From Utricularia gibba (taxonomy: Eukaryota; Plantae; Magnoliophyta), in NCBI GenBank assembly GCA_002189035.1, contig CM007992.1, positions 930,001 through 994,000 on the forward strand: a stretch of DNA of 64,000 nt, in the 5' to 3' direction. The notes below the pieces were generated by a model. It worked only from the letters and a program-made list of their open reading frames with translations, did no database searches and had not been told where the DNA came from. A program made the position numbers and the translations under genes. Of this stretch, positions 1-15,695 are shown one piece after another. Each line of letters begins with the position of its first letter. The first letter of the stretch is position 1.

Positions 1-265
1 ATAAATCTATCAAATATAATAGTATTTTAAACATTCATATTCAAAATTTATGTTCCAAACAATTTTAATTTTAAATACATTATATTTTTTTTATCTAAAT
101 ATAAATAATTTAAATACATTATTAATTATAATATATTATAGAATACATCCTAAAATATTTAAATTGTTAATAATAAAAATGTAGAAAGCGAAAATATGAG
201 AATGAATTAGATATATATTAATAATTTTTTTAATTCATTATTTAATGTTGCAGGCACTAGATTTT

Positions 266-2182
266 TCAAGCCGCAGGTGAATATTTGCAGACACGGGCAT
301 CTTCATAGATCAACCCTCGCCGGCAAAAGTATCCCTTCTCCGGCATGCAGTGGCGGTCCTCCGAGCAAATACATAGTCCTTCAAGTGCACACCCGTCTTC
401 CTTCGCTTCCTCAATGTTTCCGGCAGCCACTTCGCCGCCCCATCCTCCGGAAAATACTTCCGCCGGATCAATTTCCTTTTTCGCCGCCACAAACCTCCCG
501 AAATTCTCGTACTTGTTCTGCACTCCGAAAAACGCCACCCGTCGGTTTTTCGCCCAGTGCGGCTTCGCTGAGTATTTGAAAAACGCCATTTGCTCCACTT
601 CTTCCCACACATCTTCATTCAACCGCGGCGTCTTCCCGTCGTCAGCGCGGTAGTAATTGAAGTCGACGACGACGGAGTCCTCCGGGTGACCCAGGTACGC
701 GTCTGATTTTCCGATGAATCGGATGAGGAAGCCGTTATAGATATCGATGCCGCAGAAATTTTGTGGGTTCATGTCCCTCAATTTCTTCACGTCGCGAATG
801 AAGTCGCCGATTACGTTAGCTGGAAAAATCGCTGTCGATTCGTAGAAGAAAAGCCCTTTGAATCTGGGATCCCAAGCGCAGGCTGTTGATTTTGAATTTT
901 CCGACGAGTAGAGACAAGAACCAGAGGTTTGCATTTTCCCCTGTTTCCCAATTACAGGGTACCCTGTGAATCCCAAAAAGTTGTTCTTCAGTCCGTTTCC
1001 GATCAGCTTCTTATACGCGACGAACGCTTTAGAAAGAAGACATTTTTCTGCGGCTCTTCCGGCTGCCTCCGCCACCCTTTCTGTGAAAACATCAAACACT
1101 GGATTGAGTGAAACTTGGAACCAATGAACCGAAAGAGAGGTAGATACCTGAAGCTCGGATTCCTTCCGGAATCTCCATTAAATTCGATTGAAAACCCACA
1201 AAATCGTTCTCCCCGTTCCCCGGCGTTTCCATTGGAACTCGCTGATCGTATCTGTAAACCGCCGTCTTCTCCGATGGGTACCACTGAATGTCTCCGAACT
1301 CATACTTCTTCCCGTGTTCTACTATTTTGTTCTCCATTCCCTCGTCGCTTGTAAAATTGAAAGACACGCTCCGTTTGAATGCCTTCTCCAATCCAAGCGT
1401 CACCTGAAAAAACCGCTTCTCCGATACTCGTGCGTGATTCGTAAAAAAGGAAGAGATATCGCTGTATTTTGAAAACCAGACCTTAGAGATGACTCCAAGA
1501 ACTCCGATTGAAACCTTGGCTGCATTGAAAAGACTATCATTTCCATTCAGATCGATAATCCTCGCGAACCCATCTGATTCCATGCCAGGAACAATCAATC
1601 GGATTCCCAGAACGTGATCATGTAGGGCGCCGCCTTTCCCCCACCACGAGCTGCCGTGGGCTCCGGTGCTGATCGCCCCGCGACGCTGACACCTTCCCAG
1701 TACGGTGCCGCCACGAGGCTCAACCCCCTTTCCTCCACTCTGTCAATCAAATCGCGAATTCCGACCCCGGCATCCGCCGTGACTCTAAGGTTCCCCACGT
1801 CGACGTCGATCCCAGAGTTGTATTTCGTCGTACTTATCAAGATCGCTCCTCTTCCATCGCCGGGATTAGAAGTCGGGCACGCGAGTTTGGGAATCGTATG
1901 GGAGAATCCGGAAACAACTTTCACTTTCAGTTTATTTCTCACTGCAGCCGCGACGGCAGACCGAAGCTCCCCCTCCGTCGTGGGGTAGAAGACGGCGGAG
2001 ACGAGGCAGTCTTTCCGATCACCCCAGACGCCATATGCGTTTCGAAGAATGCAGTCGGACCCCGAGCCCGAACCCGTCTCTTTGCTGCACGCGATCGGGC
2101 TCGCCGGCGGAATACACCCCACGAAATTCGATCCCCAAACCAAAATCAACACGACACACAGATTTCTGAAAATGAATCCCAT
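266..2182 (-). CDS. GULLO3: L-gulonolactone oxidase-like FAD oxidase (GULLO3 clade), 3 exons
   Basis: Signal-peptide-like N-terminus MGFIFRNLCVVLILVWG, motifs FSHTIPKLAC, APYWEGVSVAG, GAHGSSWWGKGGALHDHV, KPHWAKNR and Cys-rich C-terminus. Introns 1404-1481 and 1081-1147 (GT-AG). Needs +1 base at C4 run 1676-1679 to join ORFs 1595-2206 and 1092-1598. Confidence 0.92.
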
Positions 2183-2650
2183 TTCCTCTTCCTGTCTCTC
2201 GTTCATTTTTGGTCAAAATAAATAGTTTTATTTAAAATTTGGAGTTTTTTTTTTTTTCAAAAAAAAAGTACGCGTGTAATAAAGAATTAGTGAACTCTCC
2301 CGGACAAGCTGACCGCGAAGGCAAGATTCCTATTTTATTCGAAAAAAAAAAACACAGTTGCTTAAGACAAAAGATAGTAATATAAAAATATTTATTAAAA
2401 TGGATATAAAGTCGTGTCTATAGATTATTTAAAATCGAATGTCTGATGGTTCATTGAAGGTTTGGTGCTCAAAAGATGACATTAATATTTTGCATTGACA
2501 CAGAGTAAATGTCAAACATTTTAAATAAGTGGAATGTTCCTCATCAAATTTATTATAGCATGTACAATATATATAATATAATTATAATTATAAGATATTT
2601 ATATGGATTTAAAATTAGAATTATAAATTATAAGATATTTATTTGATAGA

Positions 2651-2710
2651 TTTAAATAAATCCGGAATTACATGGATTTTTTTACTTCCATGTATGGTGA
2701 TTTATTTAAA
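2651..2710. repeat. Short nested inverted repeat (fold-back), possible MITE remnant
   Basis: Outer arms TTTAAATAAATC/GATTTATTTAAA and inner arms TACATGGA/TCCATGTA. An ATTATAAGATATTTAT direct repeat lies just upstream. Confidence 0.45.
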
Positions 2711-3657
2711 ACCATACCCCTCCCATAATTTACTTAACACTACTTAATTCTACTTTTAATCCAATAACTAAACATTACTTAAAAAATTAATCTCAATACA
2801 TCAAATTTATTTAAACCTAAATAAATTAAACTCACTTTATCTCATTCCCATCATCAAAACACTAACTTAATGTATACTGATAAAAGATATTTATATATTT
2901 AGTATTTTAAGTTGGTATGAATGGTAAAATTATTCATTCAATATTTTAAATAATTATATAAGATAAATATTATTTAAAATTTATATTCAAAGTTAGATAT
3001 CTCAAAAATAAAAAAAATTTACTGATGAAATAATATTAAAATATTATTACTTCTCCAAAATCAATAAATACTTATTTTTCTTATTTTATTTGATTTGTAA
3101 TTAACATATTTGTTTTCCAATCACCTGTTGATTTATAAAATAATTACATGACTAGCTATATTTATCAAAATTCTGTATTTTTTAAATATTTTTATTAAAT
3201 ATAATGTTATTTTGAAAATAAATTTATGTATGATTTCAATTTTAAATATTTTTGGAAGGGAAAAAAATAGAAAATAGCATATTTGGAAGGGATTATATTG
3301 GAGTTGGCATAAGTGTATAGGTGCCTCTGTGGCTCTGTCTCTTTGTGCCACCGCGATTGCATTCGGCCATGTAGCTCCTAAAATGGCGTAACGTAAACCG
3401 AAACCAGAGACATGAAAGCGAAGGAAAGCTTCAAACTTTGCAACTTTCAAGCCCTGTGACTCTCGTTGGATCTCCATGTGTTTCTCACTACTCAAAATAA
3501 GCTTACGTTCGTCATATTTTGTACATGTGGACGCGGTTTCTGTGGGTTTCAGTTGTGTATTTCATCGACATTACTTTCTTTTTCAGTTTCAAGCATCGTA
3601 ACGCTTCTGTGGTTTTTTGATATCTCCAAATTTGGGTTACCCTTTTGACTGGTCGCC

Positions 3658-6972
<3,315 letters not shown>

Positions 6973-9789
6973 AGATGGCGATGCTCTTTCTTCTCTTATT
7001 CCCCTTGTTTTGCAATGCGCCAATAAATCTGCATGAGAAGGGCTTTCGTAGTTATGGCTTCTTGATCCCCCATTAAAAAACCAGGATGCAGAGTGAGCTA
7101 GAACCCAAAATGAAGGTCAAGCCCCGAAACTTGATTTTTCATCAGAAAGTAAAACAAATGAGTTTTTTTTTCGTGTTTAATAATTAATGAAGCTGAGATG
7201 CTACTGGGAGGAAATGTCAATAGCTGTTGTAGCTGATTGTGAGCTACTGGAGAGGATCTCGCCACACCTCGACTGTGTCCATGATTCTAGTGTGGAAAAT
7301 GACAAGAGGATTGGATGGCTACGACGGAGGAGAGAACCACTCAATCAGAATGACATCCGAGCCGCACTGCCACCGTACAAGGGGCTCCGTGCCATGTACA
7401 ATCACCATTAACAGCTCTATCAATACAGTCATACATGGAAAGGAAAGCAAAGCACAAACTACGATGCATTTCCAACATCTACTGCACAAGAGAGGGTTTT
7501 ACCGGAGAGAAGACGTGTTTATTCTCATTTGCAACAACACTTTTCTGTTATCCTGGGATTCCGGTGAGGAAAAAAACCCAGAGCTGGGTCGTCCCCGTCG
7601 GAGAATGCATCTTCTTTGGCGTTCACAGAATCCCCCTCGGAATACCCGCCAACGAATTCCTCCTGATCACTATTCCGAGAATCAGTTCTCCCCAAACACA
7701 GAAATACCACTCCTACCACCAGTTGTCCCGGTCTGACTCCGGCCCTTCACCGGTTCGTCGAGCCACTCCGGTTCGAAAACGCAGGCCCAGAATGACCGAC
7801 CATTGACTCGATTGCAACGACATTTCCTTTAGTAGTTTTTTATTTGTATTCACATAAAAATAAATAATATTACTGTGAAAAGTATTATTTATTATTTAAT
7901 TCATTTTTGTAAATTTTTCACAAATTACCCAATTTAAATTCCAAAGTTATCCCTAGGGCTACTAGTGTCAAGACTTGAGGGCTGATTTGTTTAAGGATCC
8001 TGCAATTTATTGCCCAAATTGATTTCATAATAAATAACAAATATTCTCAAAATTAGTGATTCCTAGGTTTTGATTTTGATGATTTTAATCTCTATTTGAT
8101 TCTTTCAATAAATTTTTCTAATAAACAGAACTTGAATCTTATCATTTCTAAATTTCTATTTTTTTTAATCATAAATATTTAATAATTAAATCAATTTAAA
8201 AAAATCGTTCCAAAAAAACCCAAGGTTGAACTTAAGATTCGACCCAATTCAATTCGAATTCATGATTGTTTAGGTTTAGGTTCAATATTTTTTAATAATG
8301 TTTTATTTCTTGTAATATATTGTATATATTCTGTTTTCTTAAAATCTTAAAACGATTCTGTTTAATTTTTGAACGTTTTAACCTTTAACTGTCTGTAGTA
8401 AAATCAGAAATTCACATTCTATATTAACTTCAGAAATTATTAAATTTCTTGTATATATGTTTCATTAATTTTATAAGAAATTGATTTCAAAAATTATACT
8501 ATTTATATATTCTAAAATATAATTTATATTATAGCATTAAATCATATAATAATTTAACACATTAAATTTTACAATATATATTTTATTTTATTGAATTTTA
8601 TAATTTAAAAATAATTTTATTTATATAATTTTAAAATTAATTATATTCTGCATAATATGAATTGTAACTTCAAATTATAGAATATACCCATTAACAATAA
8701 ATTGAATTGAATTCAATTTATTATTAAAAAAAATCAACCTCAACTCGATTTTAAAATATTGTTGGAAATCACATTGTTAGACTAGTTCATGGGTGGCGGT
8801 GGGCGAATCGGATCCACTTCGGGGCTGATCTTTGAAACCCGAGACGACTCTTGGATTAGCGACAGGGCACCGCAGATCCCGAGTAGAAGGTACGCGCTTC
8901 CTACTCGGTCTTGTTTTTTCAAAGCAAGGAAATGAAATGAATGCAGCAGGAGCCCAAGCAGCGCTGTGGCTGGCAGCAGCACATCAGCATTCAGCCCTTT
9001 GCATTTGAACTGACAAAACCAAGACTTGTATGGATTCACCAACACACCTTTGAGCTGAATGCGAGTGAACGCCACAAGGGTAACGAGTGTTTATGATGCA
9101 ACCACATTCCTTTGTTTTGTTTGCTGTCTACAGTGCAGATGACATTAATGGTTGTTCCTCGTAAGTTTTTGAAAAAAAAAAAAGATGGGTGGAATGGAAT
9201 GGAATGGAAGGAAGCCTGTGGGGAATTAAACACCAGGTACCAACCCCCATGCCATTTCCCGTTGCAGCTGTAGTTGTAGTGAAGTAAATAAGCAACACCA
9301 CCTCCCCTTTCCCCACTCGCCATTAATGATTTCCCATCCTCTCTGCAATAACTCCACCTCTCTCTGCACTGTAAATTCTAACATCGTCTTCTTCTTCTTT
9401 CTTCTTCTTTGAAATCTTTTCCTTCCTTCTTCAGTTGCAGCTTTCTTGCACCCCTGCGTGCCATGTTAGTTTGGATCTGAGTCTCACAAAACCCTAATCT
9501 TTGTCATGCGGATCCATTAGGGTTTTGCTGTTCTTCTCCTTTTTTTTGTTGGGTTGTGCGGATTTGGTTAGTTTTCGTTTGTGGCAGTGAAGAAAGATGG
9601 GATCTCTGAGTAATGTCAAAAAAGTTTTCCCTTTTCTCCTTTTAGCCTTTTAGGCACGTTAGTGAATTCTCTCTTTTATGAAATCTCGTAACAAAACAAA
9701 AAAGTGCGTGAAAAATAGTAGAGACAAAAGAATCATCTCATTCTTCAAAACCCAACCAGGGTTTCTGATAAATCTTCTCATAGAATCCG

Positions 9790-9837
9790 ATGCCGTTGAG
9801 TTTCCCGGTCGACCGGCAAAGCTTATCCGCCAACTAA
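9790..9837 (+). other. Candidate uORF (MPLSFPVDRQSLSAN*) in the HD-ZIP IV leader
   Basis: ATG 9790, TAA 9835-9837; donor CG/GTGAGT at 9851 and acceptor TTTAG at 10107 would put it about 30 nt before the main ATG after splicing. Confidence 0.4.
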
Positions 9838-10124
9838 TACGTCGCCTCCGGTGAGTGCCTTTACACGTTACTTCAAGTATATATAAACATGTATACCTTT
9901 TTACCTTCCCCCAACTCTACTGTTCTGTTTGTACATTTTTAATCTTCGCCAGCCCTCTCATTTTCACCACTAGGGTTAAGTGAAAATAAAGTTACCCACC
10001 CAAACCAAGGAGATCTGTACCTCAAAGTTTACACCTTTTACATTTTCAAACCAAAAATCAAATATGTAGCCTTTCGAGTTACTGAAATTTTCTGCTGCTT
10101 TCTTTAGTTGTTCCTGCGGGGGAA

Positions 10125-13100
10125 ATGTTTCAGCCGAGCATGTTTGATAGCCTGGGCAGCCATCACCAGCTGCATAAGGCTCCAGAGAATGATCTGGATT
10201 TAATAAGAGGCGATGATGAGCACGAGAGCAAATCAGGTACCGATATTATGGACGGTGAAGATGGTAAAGATCCAAATCAACGCCCCAGCAAGAAGAAGCG
10301 TTATCATCGCCATACACAGCATCAGATCCAGGAAATGGAAGCGTAAGTTGATTTTTTTTGCTCATGAAATGAAGTCACTGTAAACTTGGGCGTTGTCTTA
10401 GAGAAACGTACGCTAATTTGCTGTTAGAATGAAACCCTGAGGTTACTCAGATGTCGATTGCTGTGTTATGAGTTCTTGCTTGCTATGAAAAAAAACAGCA
10501 TCCGTTTGTCGGTAGGCCGGTCAGCAGTTCCTGTAGTTGGGATATGAAAAATTATGTTCAGGTTTTGGTGTTTCCGTTAGGGGGTTCTACATGTTATGAA
10601 GTGAAAATGTATGCTCGTAAACACATCAACCAGCCTGATTTCCAAGAGGAAAAATCTGAAGAAGGGAGCTTTGTGTTCTGTGTGCTTGTTGTGGCAGGTT
10701 TTTCAACGAGTGTCCCCATCCGGACGATAAGCAAAGGAAGGATCTTGGTCGGAGGTTAGGGTTGGAGCCTCTGCAAATCAAGTTTTGGTTCCAGAATAAA
10801 CGCACGCAGATGAAGGTGACATGCTTAGGTTACTTTTGGCAATTTCAATCACGTTTGCATGTTAACTTGTTGCTAATAGTGGTTTTGATGAACTATGTAA
10901 AGGCTCAACATGAACGCCATGAGAACTCGCAACTGCGATCAGAGAACGAGAAGCTTCGAGCGGAGAACATACGTTACAAGGATGCATTGAGCAATGCTAC
11001 ATGTCCAAACTGTGGGGGCCAGCCACCATTGGGGAGATGTCGTTCGATGAGCAGCATCTCAGGATTGAAAATGTTCGCTTGAGAGAAGAGGTGTGCTTCG
11101 TTTCTAGTTCCATAGAAGTATACAATGTTGTTGTGCAAGGGTTTGTTGATCACAAATCATTGATTCACAGATTGATAGAATATCTGGAATAGCTGCAAAG
11201 TGTGTTGGGAAGCCAATGCTCTCTTATCCTCATCTCCCTGCTGGGGCAACTGCTTCTCTTGATCTCGGAGTAGGCAATTTTGGGCAGCAAACTGGATTGA
11301 CAGGAGAAATATTTGGTGCTGCTGATCTTCTTCGATCAGTATCTGGGCAAACGGAGGCCGACAAGACCATGATGATAGAGTTAGCTGTTGCAGCAATGGA
11401 AGAACTGATCAGAATGGCACAAAGTAGTGAGCCTCTGTGGGTTCCTGGACCAGACGGCCTGTCGGAGACTCTGAGCGAAGACGAGTATGTTCGCAGTTTC
11501 TCTCGAGGAATCATGCCTAAGCCGCTGGGGATGAAAACTGAAGCATCAAGGGAGTCAGCGGCTGTGATAATGAATCACATGAACCTCGTAGAGATCTTGA
11601 TGGATGTGGTGAGAAACATTGTCCGGCATCTGATTACTTGCTGCTGAGTAGCTTTTTAAGTTGTATAATCCTGTGTTGATGTGCAGAATCAATGGTCTAG
11701 TGTCTTCTCAAGCATAGTTTCAAGAGCAGCAACTATCGAAGTGCTATCCACAGGGGTTGCAGGAAACTATAATGGAGCTTTTCAAGTGGTAAAGAAACTG
11801 AGATTCTTCTCCTACTTCATCCTTTTCTGTCTCAAGCCAACTCTTAGGTTCTCTGAAATTTTTGTGATGCAGATGACAGCAGAGTTTCAGATGCCTTCGC
11901 CATTGGTTCCCACTCGTGAAAACTACTTTGTGAGATACTGTAAGCAACATCCGGATGGAACTTGGGCTGTCGTTGATGTTTCTCTGGACAATCTCCGATC
12001 AACTTCCCTTCCGAGATACCGGAGACGGCCTTCCGGCTGCCTGATCCAAGAGCTACCAAATGGATACTCTAAGGTACAGGCCCTTGATCAGAATGATTAT
12101 CCAACATCTTAGGAAAAGCCATCAGTTTACTGATTAAGTGTCTTCATTTCAGGTTACTTGGGTAGAACATGTTGAGGTCGATGATAGAGCGGTTCACAGC
12201 ATCTACAAGCTCCTAGTCAACTCCGGACTTGCCTTCGGAGCAAAACGGTGGGTGGCAACCCTCCGGAGACAGTGTGCACGTCTCACAAGCTTCATGGAAA
12301 ATCACATTCCTGCTGGAGAAGTTGGTGGTGGTAAGCAGTGAAATACATAACTTTGAAAACTTGCTATTTTATGTGATATGATGAAGGTTGCTCACTAGAA
12401 TTCATGTCAACAGTGATCACATCCCCAGAGGGACGAAAGAGCATGCTGAAGTTAGCAGAGAGGATGGTGATGAGCTTCTGCAATGGTGTTGGAGCCTCTA
12501 CAGCACACACTTGGACAACGCTTTCTGGCAGTGGAGCTGATGATGTTCGTGTCATGACTCGCAAGAGCATCGATGATCCTGGCCGCCCCCCGGGCATTGT
12601 TCTCAGTGCAGCAACTTCATTCTGGATCCCTGTTCCTCCCGCTAGAGTCTTTGATTTCCTCCGAGATGAGAATTCCAGAAGCGAGGTTCCCATAGCAGAA
12701 TACATAACTCATCTTTTCTTTCATGCTGAATATGCACTTACTTCTGCTGCACCTTGTAGTGGGATATTCTTTCAAATGGTGGCCTTGTTCAAGAAATGGC
12801 GCACATCTCCAACGATCGTGATCCTAACAATGCTGTCTCTTTGCTCCGTGTCAATGTAAGCATCTCTGCTTCTTGTATTCCACAATGATCAAACTAATGG
12901 CAAGCAACTTTGTCAAATGCAGAGCACCAATTCAAGCCAGAGCAACATGCTGATACTTCAAGAGAGCAGCACTGATTCAACAGGCTCCTATGTCATTTAC
13001 GCCCCAGTTGATATCGATGCAATGAACATGGTTCTTAGTGGGGTGATCCTGACTATGTTGCCCTGCTTCCATCCGGATTCGCGATACTCCCCGATGGGCC

Positions 13101-13287
13101 TAATGGACCAGCAGGTGGTAACCCCGATGTTGGCTCCGGTAGCTCCTTGCTCACCGTCGCGTTTCAGATTCTCGTTGATTCCGTACCTACTGCAAAGCTG
13201 TCTTTGGGTTCAATTGCAACTGTCAACAACCTCATCAAGTGTACTGTGGAGAGGATCAAAGGTGCTGTCCTCTGTGATGGAGCATGA
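10125..13287 (+). CDS. PDF2: HD-ZIP IV homeobox-START transcription factor, PDF2/ATML1 clade
   Basis: MFQPSMFD start, [18 protein letters not shown] homeodomain, [24 protein letters not shown] zipper-loop-zipper, START ([28 protein letters not shown]) and SAD domains. Needs +1 base at 11014-11020 and at 13040-13043. Confidence 0.95.
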
Positions 13288-13431
13288 TCATGTTCTCTTC
13301 TGTTGTCCTTCGAGGTAAAGACCAGCTTCTACTGACGAAAATGCACCAAGTTTTGATTTTTCTGAAACCCTTTACAGGAAACATGAGTAAATTTGATGAA
13401 AACGCAGGACTTGTGGGAAATGGAGAGGAGA

Positions 13432-13477
13432 AGTCAAGAACGAACCTGGGGAAAGGTAATAGGTTCGGGCATTGACT
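13432..13477 (+). promoter_or_regulatory. HD-ZIP IV 3'UTR stem-loop element
   Basis: AGTCAAGAACGAACCT...AGGTTCGGGCATTGACT: AGTCAA pairs with TTGACT and CGAACC with GGTTCG. The 3' arm matches the GGTTCGGG(T/A/C)ATTGACT motif known from HD-ZIP IV 3'UTRs. Confidence 0.8.
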
Positions 13478-13773
13478 CTGCAAAACGAGTGAACAAAGAT
13501 CATTGTGTTGTTTTCTCAATTGTATCATTGCGTTCTGTTGGGTTCTTGCACCTTAACTAGTAGCTAAAACAGAGCCTTAACTCTTGATCATTTTCTGCTT
13601 TTTTTTTCAATGCCAATTGAGCTAGTTAAACTTCATCATAATATTTTGGAAAAATCAGAAGCTATTTCCCTGTTCTGCCAACCGACGCAAATGTGAAAAA
13701 GAAGCAAAACAGAAATGACTTTATTCATGTGCTGAATCCAATGTATAAATAGATAGACAGACTGCAATCATTC

Positions 13774-14988
13774 CTATATTTCATTTGGCAACTCATCCTC
13801 CATTCTTTTCCAACATTCTGCATTCCTTGAGAATTTACCCTTCATCTGTTTGATGATCTCCCTGGCGTCCTCAACTTTGCCAATTCTGATCAGCCCTCTT
13901 ACAAGAGTTGTCATAGTTGAGATATTTGGAACTTTTCCTATGCTCCCTATGCAAGCCTTGCAGATGACAAAGGCAGCCTCAAAGTCCCCACCTTGACACA
14001 AATAGTAAGCCATAGTGGTATAGCATTCGTAATCTGGATTCAACTCCTTCGCAACCATTTCTCTGTACAAACTCTTTGCCGTGTGCAGATCTCCTTGTTT
14101 GCAGAAACCATGAATCAGATGGCTGTAAGTCATTGAATTGGGTTTCATGTTCCTGGACAAGATTCCATCCAGCAAGGCCTTGGCCTCCGCTGTGCGTCCC
14201 AGTTTACATAAGCTCTGAATCCTGACGTTGTAAATGGTGATCCCCTGTTCTACACCATAACGTCTCATCAGCAGCCTCATCTCCCCGACGTCAGTCAACT
14301 TTTCCTCCTGGTAAAAACCGGCGATCGCAGATGCAAAAGTTGCTTTTGTGGGTCTTATTCCCTTTCTCTCCATCTCCGCTAATATGGAGTGCGCCATGTT
14401 GGCACCGCCGGACACGGAGAACCCCTTGAGGGCGATATTGTAGGTGTCGAAATTCGGTTCCAAGCCATATCTCCTTGGAAACTCCGTGAAAATCCTCTTC
14501 ATCTCGCTGTATTCACGGGCCAATACGCAGGAAAAAAGCAAAGAGTTGAGAGTCTTGATATTTCTCTCGATGCCCATCTCGGGCATTTCCTCGAACAACT
14601 TAACCGCATCACCCATGAGTCCGCCCTTACCGTACAGAATGATGAAATGCGAGGCTGCTCTCTCAGAAATGCAACCCAACCGGGCCATTGATTCCCTGAT
14701 GAAGCTGCGTATACCTTCGTGGTCGTTCGCATCCTTGAGTTTAGAAACAGCTTTGGAATACGCGATTCTGTCGATATGGGAATCCGGCTTTAGGGCAAGC
14801 GAGCGGCATATCTGGGTTATGCGATCCGGGTTTCGCTCGCTGCGGAGACGAGAGAGTGCCTCACGGGCTTCCTTGGAGTTGCTGCTGCTTCCAATAGCGG
14901 GAGGATCGGAACCGAGAGTGGAACTGGAGAATAGGCGACGTCGTTTGAGGATCACGGCAAGGAACTGGGAGCGGAAGCCGGAACCCAT
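13774..14988 (-). CDS. PPR336: P-type PPR protein, PPR336/At1g61870-like (mitoribosome-associated rPPR)
   Basis: Intact intronless ORF (first ATG 14988). SERNPDRITQIC, HIDRIAYS, TLNSLLFSCVLAREY, YNVRIQSLCK, TYSHLIHGFC match the remembered At1g61870 sequence. Confidence 0.88.
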   Translation of the reverse strand: MGSGFRSQFLAVILKRRRLFSSSTLGSDPPAIGSSSNSKEAREALSRLRSERNPDRITQICRSLALKPDSHIDRIAYSKAVSKLKDANDHEGIRSFIRESMARLGCISERAASHFIILYGKGGLMGDAVKLFEEMPEMGIERNIKTLNSLLFSCVLAREYSEMKRIFTEFPRRYGLEPNFDTYNIALKGFSVSGGANMAHSILAEMERKGIRPTKATFASAIAGFYQEEKLTDVGEMRLLMRRYGVEQGITIYNVRIQSLCKLGRTAEAKALLDGILSRNMKPNSMTYSHLIHGFCKQGDLHTAKSLYREMVAKELNPDYECYTTMAYYLCQGGDFEAAFVICKACIGSIGKVPNISTMTTLVRGLIRIGKVEDAREIIKQMKGKFSRNAECWKRMEDELPNEI

Positions 14989-15695
14989 TGATGGCTCTGT
15001 CTTCAAAACTAAATAAATACCCACAAGAGAGGATCAGATCTCACGTTGACTTATGGGGTTTGATCAAAATGCTCATGCCCGGCGGCTTGTTGCTTCTTCC
15101 AGACTGCGCCGCCGCTCTGGGGTGGATGAAATCCGCACTCCGGTGATTGTGCACTAGATACCATCATGCAACATATGCATCAGCACTTGAACAGCATGGG
15201 AATACCAAAGAACAAGCCCCTAGAATTACACAGTTGGCTGTGGGCATCCTCCTCTCCCACCGAACAAGCTCAGAGTAGTAACAAGCTTCTGATGTCAAAA
15301 GACCATCTCTTCTCTCAGGAGCAGATTCTCAAAACCCACTATTCAAAACCCCCCACTCCCGGTGGCTTCTTACATTGTCTTTTTCCTTCTCAAATCTGAA
15401 CATCTCCCAATTCTGGACAACTCCTTCCCTGTCAAAAGGTATCAAGGTAACAATTTGTGTCTGTTTGCGGAGTAGCCCACTCTCACCTGCGAATTGGGAA
15501 CAATTGGCTTGTTTGCAGATTGAATGAAAGTCGTCCCACGCATTTCACCTTCCTACCATACGCATTTTGCCCCTGGGAACAATACGCAAGACAAACAACG
15601 GCTTCACACAGCACCCATATATGCACGTTGACAGTGCTGCGAAAACGAGGCAACACTAGCCAGCAATGATGTTTATTGCTCTCCAAAAAACTAGA

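Noticed and set aside
1404-1481. Stop-free in-frame GULLO intron as a coding insertion
   Set aside because: Canonical GT-AG ends and removal restores the conserved ISKVTL motif; short 3n introns without stops are common by chance.
277-1988. Plus-strand ORFs over GULLO, and similar antisense ORFs over the PPR, GLOX, MATE and WRKY genes (e.g. 14444-15016, 24375-24998, 37700-37978)
   Set aside because: Shadow frames of GC-rich coding sequence with no recognisable protein.
8223-8740. AGGTTGA..TCAACCT as MITE termini
   Set aside because: Only 7 bp and no TSD; probably old repeat debris, like similar AT-rich tracts at 58930-59340 and 61900-61960.
8841-8850. GAGACGACTC shared with the STM upstream region (62891-62900)
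   Set aside because: A single 10-mer match is plausible by chance in 64 kb.
9191-9212. (GGAAT)n run upstream of PDF2
   Set aside because: Only about four units; an ordinary short repeat.
9371-9380. TAAATTCTA near the PDF2 TSS as an L1 box
   Set aside because: Does not match TAAATG(C/T)A; I found no exact L1 box in 8700-10125.
15206-15270. Minus-strand ERRMPTANCVILGACSL resembling a PPR E-domain start, between the two PPR genes
   Set aside because: Too short and gapped, flanked by stops; cannot be told from chance without an alignment.
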